Source of the DNA: Octopus sinensis
Lineage: Eukaryota
Reading direction: 5' to 3'
Assembly: GCF_006345805.1 (NCBI RefSeq)
Contig: NC_043011.1
Coordinates: 3,906,001-3,970,000, forward strand
DNA length: 64,000 nt
The translations under genes and the position numbers were made by a program. Positions 52,741 to 64,000 of the stretch are shown one piece after another (the stretch's first letter is position 1; each line of letters starts with the position of its first letter). The notes below the pieces were generated by a model, which was given only the letters and a program-made list of their open reading frames with translations, searched no databases and was not told the origin of the DNA.

Positions 52741-53384
52741 CTCCTTAGAATTTAAACTGGCCACATCCAGCCCAAATATTCTGCCTGTTTCATGTTTAAA
52801 CTGGCCAGATCCGGTCACTCACACCTACCCTTTAAAGTCATACTAAAAATAAAAAGTTACATCATTGAAATCTTAAAGTTATGACATACTCTTTTACTCT
52901 TTTACGTGTTTCAGTCATTTGACTGTGGCCATGCTGGAGCACCGCCTTTAGTCGAGCAAATCGACCCCGGGACTTATTCTTTTTGTAAGCCCAGTACTTA
53001 TTCTATCGGTCTCTTTTGCCGAACCGCTAAGTGACGGGGACGTAAACACACCAGCGTCGGTTGTTAAGCAATGCTAGGGGACAAACACAGACACACAAAC
53101 CCACACACACACATATATATATATATACATATATACGACAGGCTTCTTTCAGTTTCCGTCTACCAAATCCACTCACAAGGCATTGGTCGGCCCGGGGCTA
53201 TAGCAGAAGACACTTGCCCAAGATGCCACGCAGTGGGACTGAACCCGGAACCATGTGGTTGGTTAGCAAGCTACTTACCACACAACCACTCCTGCACCTA
53301 TAATGCATGATAATGCATGATTAATTCAAAACAATGGAAATAAATAAGCATTACTCTTGATAGACTAATCTGAATGCTAAAGGG
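52741..53384 (-). mobile_element. piggyBac-like MITE with an inserted SINE
   Basis: ttaa|ctccttagaattt...aatgctaaaggg|ttga; SINE inside at 52888-53299. Confidence 0.7.
52888..53299 (-). mobile_element. SINE family A, young full-length copy
   Basis: Intact head, body and tail. Confidence 0.92.
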
Positions 53385-53694
53385 TTGATATTCCTATGGG
53401 TCTTTAAGTTTAAAGAGTCATTAAGGTGAACACGTCTCCCTAAGTCCTTTCACATTTGCAGTTCATTTATATTACTGAAATGTTTCCTCACCCATGCTGT
53501 AGAAAGTTCAATGACACTGATCACCCATTGAACAATACTACTGATTTCTAACATTTAATTAATTAAAAGCAGAAAACTGTATCAGATGATTTATCAGGAT
53601 GTTGCTTGAGGCTGCTCTGCATTAATTATAACCAACTGGTTTGGAATGTAGAGGAGAAATCTTTTCAGGAGATATTTAACACTTTCAGCAACAT

Positions 53695-53909
53695 ACTCTT
53701 TTACTCTTTTACTTGTTTCAGTCATTTGACTGTGGCCATGCTGGAGCACCGCCTTTAGTCGAGCAAATCGACCCCGGGACTTATTCTTTTTGTAAGCCCA
53801 GTACTTATTCTATCGGTCTCTTTTTGCCGAACCGCTAAGTGACGGGGACGTAAACACCCCAGCATTGGTTGTCAAGCAATGCTAGGGGGACAAACACAGA
53901 CACACAAAC

Positions 53910-53946
<37 letters not shown>

Positions 53947-54118
53947 CATATATACGACAGGCTTCTTTCAGTTTCTGAATACCAAATCCACTCTCAAGGC
54001 ATTGGTCGGCCTGGGGCTATAGCAGAAGACACTTGCCCAAGATGCCACGCAGTGGGACTGAACCCGGAACCATGTGGTTGGTTAGCAAGCTACTTACCAC
54101 ACAGCCACTCCTGCGCCT
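53695..54118 (-). mobile_element. SINE family A, young full-length copy
   Basis: 7-bp TSD gcaacat (53688-53694 and 54119-54125). Confidence 0.92.
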
Positions 54119-54432
54119 GCAACATGTCGCATTATTATATTTTCTGTAAAGTAAATAGGTTCGTTTAAAAGGAAAACTATTGTAATATAGTGTTTTCACC
54201 TGGTTGATAATTAATGAGACATCTGATAGGTGACAGTAGCTACCTGTTCTCTGATTTACCCAATAGTGCTCGTCAAAATTTCAAAATTTCACACTTAGTA
54301 AGCAGGATGAAACTAGCTGGCATTTTGCATTGACATAAATTGTAGAAGTTAAACTACTACAACTACTACTAACACTGGTGCTAGTACAGCCACAGCAATA
54401 ATAGTTGATTATGCATGTAAAGAACAACTCAA

Positions 54433-54457
54433 ATGTGTGTGTGTGTGTGTGTGTATG

Positions 54458-54488
<31 letters not shown>

Positions 54489-54648
54489 ATGTGTGTGTGT
54501 CTGTATGTGTGTGTATGTGTGTGTCTGTATGTGTGTGTGTATGTGTGTATGTGTGTATGTGTGTATGTGTGTTTGTGTGTGTGTGTGTTTGTGTGTGTGT
54601 GTTTGTGTGTGTATGTGTGTGCGTGTATGTGTGTGTTTGTGTGTGTGA
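54433..54648. repeat. (TG)n-rich tract
   Basis: Direct reading. Confidence 0.95.
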
Positions 54649-54864
54649 GGAGAAGTGGGGGTTCATATTTGAACTCCTATTTGTTTATTTTATACTTTAT
54701 ACTGAATCATGAAAAACCTTTAAATTAATGACCTGTTCAAGTTATTAATCAAGTTACCACTCATCTTAATTAGATCTAACCAAGAAAAGGTTTCATTTAT
54801 ATTTTTTCTTTTCCTCTTCATTTATTCTTATCACTTTAATTTTTCCATTGCACACACACACACA

Positions 54865-54895
<31 letters not shown>

Positions 54896-55289
54896 TACAC
54901 ACACACACACACACACAGTTTCCCAAGTGGCTGGGCTGGTTTCTGATGTAATAAAATTTATCTCAACCTTACCTTAAATACGTTGAAATATCTGCCTCAT
55001 GTCGCAGTGACTTCAGTTATGTTCACTAAGACACTATGAGTTCTGGAGTCATCATCATCATCATCATCATCACTAGCATAGTCATGATTTTCATCATAAT
55101 CTTTGTCGTTAGTATCATCATTGCCATCACAACGTCCATACAACCATCGCCATCACCACCACCACCATCACCACTACTACCATCATCATCATTATTTTAG
55201 CAAGTATTTTTCTTTACCAGTTTTCTAATTTTAACTTCATCAATCTTTATCAAGCATTTTAGAAAGAATTTTGTCCTTAACAGTTGATA

Positions 55290-56598
55290 TCTATATATAT
55301 AAAACTGTAGTTGTGTGAGTGTCTGTCTCCTACGATTTAGATTCCTAACTCCTCCCACATTTTGCGGTGCAGTTTAACCAAATTCGGGTATCTTATAGTC
55401 GTGATTAATATCGAGCCCGTCTGGCTATTAGCGCGTGTCTACGATGAGTCTACGATTTTAAAAATAATTTAACATAATTTTTTATTCCATTTTAATGCAT
55501 AATTTTTCGTGTGTCGATGGCGGCGGAGTTGGCGTCCACGCTCAAACACCTGCACCTGTGTTTGCTTCTCCCCCTTCTTCCCTCCCTCGTGAAGCTGTGG
55601 GGAAGGGAGTTTAGGGAAATCAACGTCGTAATGCGTTGTCAAGGAGACCAGCGTTCTTTTAGAACAACGACTTCATGGCTTGAAGACACCAAAACAGAAA
55701 TGGCTAAGAAAGCCCGAATTGGCATCTATAAGGGAAGTAACTCTCTAAAAATGCTTATATAGTTATTTCCCTTACAAACCCGAGCAACGCCGGGCGATAC
55801 TGCTAGTCTTTATATATAAAAGTGAAGTTGTGTGTCTGTCTCCTACGATTTACATTCCTAACTACTCCCACATTTTGCGGTGCAGTTTAACCAAAAGCGG
55901 GTATCTTATAGTCGTGATTCATATCGAGCCCTTCTGGGTATTAGCGAGCATCTACGATGAGTCTACGATTTAAAAAAAAATTTACCATCGTCTTTTTCCA
56001 TTTTAATGCATTTTTTCGCTATTATATAAGGGAAATAACTCTCTAAAAATGTCTACGATGAGTCAACGATTTAAAAAAAATTTACCATAATTTTTTTTCC
56101 ACTTTTAATGCATTTTTTTGCTATTTTTTGGCTATAACTCTCTAAAAATGCTTATATAGTTATTTCCTTACAACCCGAGCAACGCCGGGCGATACTGCTA
56201 GTCTTTATATATAAAAGTGAAGTTGTGTGTCTGTCTCCTACGATTTACATTCCTAACTACTCCCACATTTTGCGGTGCAGTTTAACCAAAAGCGGGTATC
56301 TTATAGTCGTGATTCATATCGAGCCCTTCTGGGTATTAGCGAGCATCTACGATGAGTCTACGATTTAAAAAAAAATTTACCATCGTCTTTTTCCATTTTA
56401 ATGCATTTTTTCGCTATTATATAAGGGAAATAACTCTCTAAAAATGTCTACGATGAGTCAACGATTTAAAAAAAATTTACCATAATTTTTTTTCCACTTT
56501 TAATGCATTTTTTTGCTATTTTTTGGCTATAACTCTCTAAAAATGCTTATATAGTTATTTCCCTTACAAACCCGAGCAACGCCGGGCGATACTGCTAG
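55290..56598 (+). mobile_element. Head-to-tail trimer of non-autonomous Helitrons (55290-55806, 55807-56201, 56202-56598)
   Basis: Outer target A|TC...CTAG|T; internal junctions CTAG|TCTTT; each unit has the 3' hairpin. Confidence 0.92.
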
Positions 56599-57424
56599 TT
56601 TTCTATAAAATCTATATTTCTCTTAAGTAGGAGTTCAGCTTTGTCCCAAGTCAGCTTCCCTTCAGCCAGATTATGTGTATTATAGACAACAATTAGATAT
56701 GTAGTTGTATGCAATATATGCAAACTGATGATTAGCTGAGTGCAATAGACAGCAATTAAATGTAGTTGTATATAATATACAGCAATTAGACAGGTAACTG
56801 TGTGCAACAGAGAGTGGTTTTCAACTAGACAGTAGGATAAGTAGAAGTAATCAACTTAATATGCTTGTACCTAAGCGGGTGGTACTAAAGTTTGTTGAAC
56901 CCGTGTGGGTGATAACAGAGTAATCAATGGAATGAAAGATGGTCACAGCAGAGTTATTAGAACAAAAGTGGATGGTACTAGATTTAGTGAACCCCAAGTG
57001 AAATGAGGATGTATTGCACTGGAGAGAAATAGTTTTACTATTAAAATGAATTTTGTAATTTCTAACATAAACAGAATACCACAGAATTCAGTGCAAGGTT
57101 GAGATTATTTTAAATGGCATCAATACTTGACAGGTAGATATTTCCTCAACATTTGAAGAATGAAAAACAGAGTAGGCTTGGGTAGAATACGAATGCAGAA
57201 CATAACCTTTTACATTCTTAATTCAGGACAAAAATTCATCCATGTATTTATTCTGTCACCCTATGGTTGTCAGATTTTATTCCATAACTGCTATCTCTGA
57301 AGAGTGCTGGGTTATATAAGTGGGCTGTAATCTAATTCTCCATTGAACCCCTAGTGCAAAACTGATTGGTATGATCAGCCATAATGGGATATATAATATT
57401 GTACACTTTGATTTATATTTATAT

Positions 57425-57620
57425 GTATATATATATATATATAATATAAAATCCGTTCTGTCTGTGTGTCTTCTAGGATCTCAGACATCCTCCATCCGAT
57501 TGCGCTCAAATTTGATATGTAGATACCGACGGTATCAAGGCATGTATATGTCTTGAAAAAATTACAAAAATCGATTCCAGGTGAGAATGTGATCGATAAA
57601 GCTGTGGGAACGTGCTTTTT
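57425..57620 (+). mobile_element. Possible 5' part of a second non-autonomous Helitron-like family
   Basis: tataaaatccgttctgtctgtgtg...ccgattgcgctcaaatttg resembles Helitron/HINE 5' ends; no clear 3' end. Confidence 0.35.
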
Positions 57621-58410
57621 TTCTGTCAGCTGTACATAACTGCACCTTCCATTTTTTGTTGTTTTTGTACTAATTAAAGGCACGTTTCTTTCCAGCCAAG
57701 CTTACTGTTTAAACCATGTTTGTGTTCTCCCAGTCAACAGCCTTATTATTACTGGTACTTTAAACTCTTCAGTTGCATATTTGTGTGAATAAAATCGTTT
57801 TTCTTTGGAATAGAAAAGTCTATCTTTATTTCTTCTTTTGCTAGTGTCTCAAATTTAGGTTAAAGCAGTGTTTTTCAAAGGGGAGGCCTATGGGACTGTT
57901 AGACAAGTTGTTTTGAGAAAATTTGGTTTAAATGTTTGACAACTCAGTACCGTCCATTGGACGGGAGGCATCTTGCATGCATATATATATATATATATAT
58001 ATATATAAGGGTGCAAATTATAAATTTATGAAACTATATTCATTCAGAATAAATTTCAAAAGTAGGATGATAAAACATACAATAATTAAAACTATATATC
58101 TCAATAAAAATTAAAATTTCCACTTGTGGTTGATCATGGTACCCAATGTTCCTGATTCCATCAATTCATGGCTGGAGATTTCAATTCTCTTTGGTGAGAA
58201 GCCCCTGGGTTGCTATAGACAAGGCAGGTGCCATGTTCTCTGTGTCATTAAAATATACTACTTTGTAAAGTCTATCCGAAGTTTCCTCTAGGATTCTGTT
58301 GTTTCTATGTTGTTTATGATGTGATCCCATTTCCTTTTTAATCCATTCCTTCTGGAAATTCCTCATGTATACAGCATAGGACTCTTACTGTATAAGACTC
58401 TTACTGTGTA

Positions 58411-58710
58411 CTAGCAGTATCGCCCGGCGTTGCTCGGGTTTGTAAGGGAAATAACTATGTAAGCATTTTTAGAGAGTTACTTCCCTTATATAATAGCAAA
58501 AAAATGCATTAAAAATGCGAAAAAATGATGGTAATTTTTTTTTTTAAATCGTAGACTCATCGTAGACGCGCGCTAATACCCAGAAGGGCTTGATATGAAT
58601 CACGACTATAAGATACCCGAATTTGGTTAAACTGCACCACAAAATGTGGGAGTAGTTAGGAATCTGAATCGTAGGAGACAAACACAGAACTTCACTTTTA
58701 TATATAAAGA
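58411..58710 (-). mobile_element. Non-autonomous Helitron
   Basis: Reverse complement of the family; TC start at 58710, hairpin plus CTAG end at 58411. Confidence 0.9.
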
Positions 58711-59124
58711 TATTGTATAAAATTCTTATTCGTCATATGAACGGTTATGAATTTCATGTTATGCAAAGTGGAGATTGGTTCAATATTCTCATAAGATATT
58801 GGCAATCCTTCATAAGTTATGAGTTCTTTTACATAGGTGTATCCCACCAATCATTAATTTTTTATTTTTAGATTAAGTCTTTTCCTGAGCTCCTCTTACA
58901 GGTTTGGCTAACAGTCCACATAGAAATCAGTTACAAAGAAGTGTAATATAGTGTGTCCTTGTAACTAAGATTCCAGAAAAATCCAGCTGATGAAATTATT
59001 TCATGAGGAGAAAATAAAAAACATAAAAGGAGGATGTATGGGAGGTGAATATATATTTATTTAACCATGTGATTTCCATGGGATTATGTGATTAGTTGAT
59101 TTCTATGTGGACTGTTAACCAAAT

Positions 59125-59294
59125 GTCCTGATAACCGAAGAGATGGTGTTGTGGATTTCCACCTCGGCATCCGAAACTCAGAGTTTTATCTTGGCTATTG
59201 AATAATTGTCACATATTATTTTACAGATAAATTTCCTCTATTTACATAATATTGAGGTCTCTTTCTTTCTTTTGTTATCTTACCGTTTTTACCA

Positions 59295-59296
<2 letters not shown>
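59125..59296 (+). mobile_element. TA-associated element with hammerhead-like motif (core CCGAAGA)
   Basis: GATAA CCGAAGA [stem II] GAAA CTC A GAG TT TTATC at 59130-59190; homologous to 8793-8959. Confidence 0.72.
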
Positions 59297-59328
<32 letters not shown>

Positions 59329-59342
59329 GTGTGTATGCATAT

Positions 59343-59413
<71 letters not shown>

Positions 59414-59429
59414 TTCATATTTTTTATCT

Positions 59430-59830
59430 TTTACGTGTTTCAATCACTTGACTGTGGCCATGCTGGGGCACTGCCTTGAGGGTTTTAGTTGAGCAAATTG
59501 ACTCCAGGAATTACTTTTTAAAACCTGATACTTATTCTATCTTTTATTTTTGCCGAACCACTAAGTTACAGGGATGTAAACACACCAGCACTAGTTGTCA
59601 AGTGGTGATGTGTGTGTGTGTGTGTGTATATATATGTGTGTGTGTGTTTATATACCTATATCTATCTATCTATATACATATATATGTGCTGAGTTTCTTT
59701 CAGTTTCTGCCTACTGAATCCACTCACATGGCTTTGGTCAGAAAGCACTTGCCCAAGGTGCCTCACAATGGGACTGAACCATGGACCATGTGGTTGGGAA
59801 GCGTGCTTCTTACCCCACAGCTACACCAGA
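59430..59830 (-). mobile_element. SINE family A, diverged
   Basis: Family body and head motifs present. Confidence 0.8.
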
Positions 59831-60430
59831 GCGTGTGAAATATTAATATAGAAAGTGAGAGTGAGTGAGATAGTTGTATAGATACATGTTACATACATAT
59901 AACACAGATACATGCACATGTGCATATGTTTGTGTGTGTGTGTGTGTGTGTAAGTGTGTGCACCCAACCAACACAAACACATGTTTAACAACCCAATTTA
60001 TACTTGTTTGTTTGTACAGTATTGTAATTTGTTGCATAGATTGTATTGTATTATATTTTAACATTGAGGCTCTGCTGGCTGTGTGACAAATAATGAAACC
60101 ATTATTTTCAATACCAAGTTATAATCATTTATTTCAGTCTTTTCTTTTTCTCTGAAAATTACAAATTTTTGTAATGAATTTCACATAATTTCTGTTCGAA
60201 ACAATTATCCCTTTGAAATATTGTTTCAAAGTAAAAGCAGCATTATTCTTGGTTTCTCATTTTTCTCTTCATTTTTTCACTTTCCATTTTGTTATGTGAT
60301 CTTGTTATTATCACCATGGCTTTGATTTTTATATTGTTGGTCTGTTGTTGATTTACTGTTGAGTTTGATTTGTTATTTCTCTTATTTTTTGGCTGCTCTC
60401 TTCTTACTGCCCTGCCATGCCCCTGGACAG

Positions 60431-60536
60431 TTCCACATGAGTCCTCCAAGTAGCTTGATCACAGAATTGCTCAATCAGAATTCTATTGTCTTTCTTCAAA
60501 GAGACCTTTCATCCCAAGATATCAATATAGAACATG
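60431..60536 (+). CDS. Candidate 106-nt internal exon
   Basis: Long pyrimidine-rich upstream region; cag|...CATG|gtgtgc; single open frame FHMSPPSSLITELLNQNSIVFLQRDLSSQDINIEH. Confidence 0.2.
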
Positions 60537-60624
60537 GTGTGCACATTTTTTTTTAATGCTATTATTTTAGGGAGTTAGATGAGAGAGACTTAATTACAAC
60601 ATCAAATAGATCAGATGACTGCAA

Positions 60625-60830
60625 AGGGTGGCAGGAAATTCACTTCCCAACCACGTGGTTCCAGGATTAGATCCACTGCATGACACCTTGGACAAGTATC
60701 TTCTATGATAGTTCCAAGCCAACCTAAACCCTTGCAAGTGAATTTGCTTAAAAGATGCTAAAATGTCATCATATATGTGTACGCTTATGTGTGTGTTTGT
60801 GTCCTCATATCTTAACATCATATAATAGCT
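60625..60830 (+). mobile_element. SINE family A fragment
   Basis: cccaaccacgtggttccagg...accttggacaagtatcttct. Confidence 0.7.
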
Positions 60831-61884
60831 ATAAAGAAACATTGCTGTCCTACAAGTCCCTCACTTCTACTCTTCCATGAAAACATGTTCAGTCACAGGG
60901 ACATATTACTTTACTGGGAAAGAAAGGAAGGTTAGTGACTGAAAAGGCATCCAGCTGTAGTAAATGTACCTCAGAGAATTCTGTCTAACCCATACAAGAA
61001 TGGAAAAGTGGATGTTAAAACAACTTGCTGCAGCTACCGTTGTCACAGAGGAAAGGATTTTCTTCTTCTGCACTTTTGTGGATTTCAGAAAATGTTCCTA
61101 CTTCACAAACAGTACCAAACTGATTTTAAAGCCATATTAGCATGGAATTTCCTTTCCATTGAAAGACATGCCATACACAAAAGAAAAAACATCAACCATC
61201 CAACTTGTAATTAAAGCTATATACATGCAGCGTTTGGCTTAAATATTAAATGAACCTTCTTGTATGTTTCCATTTAAAAGAAATATAAAAGTGCAGATGA
61301 CATTTGAAATACTTTTTCAAACATTTTATAATAAAGAACTATTCAAAAATCACCCTTTTATCCATTTCAATAGAATTTTTATTTCTTCTGAGTTACTTGA
61401 AATATTAAACCCTTAAGGATAATAGATGAAATCTGTAAATTTTTGCAGTTCTATTTTTCTTTATAATTTTACGTATGAATCGTTGCAAAAAAACATACTT
61501 TTTTAAAAGCTGCTATCTAGAGACAGTGGAGGAAATGCCACAGTGATTAGAGCAAATAATCTATATAAATTGTAATATATACATTTTAATGTAAGATGTT
61601 TGCTTCACAGTCTCATGGTTCCAGGTTCAGTCCCATTGCATGGCACTTTGAGCAAATGTCTTTGACAATCGCCTCAGGTCAACCAAAGCCTTGTGACTGC
61701 TGAACCAGTCATTAAGTGTCCCACCACTGAGGGATGTAATTGTTTTGACACCTCTAGCATCGGCTAGAGGTGTCAAAACAATTACTGTGATTAATAAAAC
61801 TTTTTGTATATTCCATCTTTCTTCTTCCATTTACCATATATATATATGTGACCTCGTGTGTACCGCTGCCGAGATAGTGTGTGT

Positions 61885-62015
61885 ACACATATTGATATAT
61901 ATATATGTATATATATATATGTGTGTGTGTGTATATGTATGCATATATATGTATGTATACATATATATATATGCATATACATACATAGATATATATATAT
62001 GTACGTATGTATATA

Positions 62016-62076
<61 letters not shown>

Positions 62077-62215
62077 ATATATGTATATAGATGTATATGT
62101 GTGTATATGTATATATATATATATATATATGCACACACACACACACACGCGTGCGCACACACACACACACACACGCACACAGAGACACACATATATATGA
62201 ATGTATATATATATA
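61885..62215. repeat. (TA)n/(TG)n/(CA)n compound tract
   Basis: Direct reading. Confidence 0.95.
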
Positions 62216-62804
62216 TTCCTATATATGTGTGAAAGTTCCATTTATCCTTTACTTTGGAGGTTTCCAAAGGGGTGATTTCTACCAAAGATTCTTCATATTT
62301 CATTGGTAGCTTACTGGCATAAGATTTTGTAACTATGAAATTATTACATGTATAAGGTATGAGATGAGAATTTATGGAAAAGTATCCCATAGAAACTCAA
62401 CAGTCTGTTACAGATGGAGAAGTGATGTTAAAATTTTTTAAAAAGTATCTTAATACATGTGTACGATCATTTCAAACAGCAATATTAACATGTACATAAC
62501 ATGGTAGAATAATTAGAAATTAATTAAATTAAATTGAATTAATTAATTACATATTACTGTTCTCCTCAGTGCAGAAAAAGAATGCATCAAAAAATTATTC
62601 TAATTATTACTATTATTACAGAAGGCTTGATGGAAGAAGTAGCAAATAACAGATTCGGATATCCATATTTTATCCTTATGGATGAGCATCAGCATACTCA
62701 AAACAGATCGTTGTTGAGTCTAGTGGGGAAAGAATTAAAATTGATGCAACTAACAGTTATATGTCTATATATATATATATATATATATGCATATATTCGT
62801 TTAT

Positions 62805-63205
62805 TCTTTTATTCTTTTATTTGTTTCAGTCATTTGACTGTGACCATGCTGGAGCACCGCCTTTAGTTGAGCAAATCGACCCCAGGACTTATTCGTTGTA
62901 AGCCTAGTACTTATTCTGTCAGCCATTTTTTACTGAACCACTAAGTTACGGGGACATAAACACACCAGCATCGGTTGTCAAGTGATGTTGGGGGGACAAA
63001 CACATACATATATATCGTGTGTTATACTAATACATCTGTTTATTGTTTACACCACCTGTCATTATCTTTTGCTTTTTTGTGAATTCTCCCTGTATATGTA
63101 TGACGGGCTTCTTTCAGTTTCCGTCTACCAAATCCACTCACAAAACTTTGGTCGGCCCAAGGCTATAGTAGAAGACACTTGCCCAAGGTGCCATGCTGTG
63201 GGACT
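62805..63205 (-). mobile_element. SINE family A carrying a fragment of the CTGTAGA family in its internal TA tract
   Basis: gttatactaatacatctgttt...tacaccacctgtc...ttctccctgtata at about 63015-63095 matches the tail of 51965-52160. Confidence 0.8.
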
Positions 63206-63602
63206 GAACCTGGAACAATGTGGTTGGTAAGCAAGCTACATACCAGACAGCCACTCCTGTGCCTATACATATAAGGGAATACCATTACAAAAATTTTTTG
63301 GTGTGCAAAAAGATTTCGCTGCTATTTCTTGCATGCCCTGCTACCACATAACAGGTATTTCAGGCCTTTTATTACACATAGCTGTTACAGGGTAGCATGG
63401 CATGCTAGAAATAGCAGCCAAATCCTTTTGCACTCAAAATATTTTTGTAATGGTAATCCCTTGGGGCGATCTTTCACTTTGACTGTCATCAGCTGGTTTT
63501 GTTTGTTATAATTTCCGTAAAAACCTTTTATTCATTTACTTTTATTTAAAGTGAAAGAGAGGAAAAAGTGAAAGATGAAGGAACATGTATATGTAATGGA
63601 CA

Positions 63603-63633
<31 letters not shown>

Positions 63634-64000
63634 AAGAGTGTGCCGCTTGCACATACATGATAAAACAAATGTTCACTCACTCACTCTCTCCCTCACACAC
63701 ACACACACACACACACATGTGCACATGCATGCAAAAAAGATGTACACATATGTATTGATGTATGTATGTATATCTGACAGCAAACCCCTTCACCCACTCT
63801 CTTTCTCTCTCTTTTTCTTTCTGTCTCTCTTCCTCTTTCTCTTTCTTTCTTTCTCTCACTCTTTCACACACACACACCTCCCTTTCATATACACACACAT
63901 ACATCTTTCATTTTCTCCTCTATTTCAATTTAAAACAAAAGTTAGTTAGTTAGTTAATTCTTTGGCTCAAAAAGTAAATAGATAAAAATTTTTAACAGAA

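Noticed and set aside
56680-56800. Degenerate ~30-bp repeats
   Set aside because: This is an ordinary decayed minisatellite with no further structure seen.
62582-62866. 94-aa plus ORF (EGLMEEVANNRFGYPYF...)
   Set aside because: It runs into a TA tract and a SINE, has no good donor and has no recognised homology.

Overview
AT-rich, microsatellite-saturated eukaryotic DNA. The repeat families look like those of an octopod cephalopod; this is recognition from memory and was not checked against a database. No intact protein-coding gene, tRNA, rRNA or CRISPR array can be supported, and most long ORFs in the track are translated (TA)n/(CA)n/(TACA)n/(GATA)n repeats. The window reads as intron or intergenic DNA made of: about 20 copies of one tRNA-headed CORE-like SINE; other SINEs; decayed RTE-like, CR1/L2-like and R4/Dong-like LINE fragments; decayed mariner and DD37D-type Tc1/mariner transposases; hAT and piggyBac-like MITEs; and a non-autonomous Helitron family that includes a head-to-tail trimer. 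A few candidate small exons on both strands could not be assigned to a known gene. The most interesting signal is several sequence-unrelated ~200-bp elements embedded in (TA)n tracts, each carrying a type I hammerhead-ribozyme-like motif with family-specific core variants. These suggest Penelope-like or retrozyme-like elements, and some occur as fold-back palindromes.
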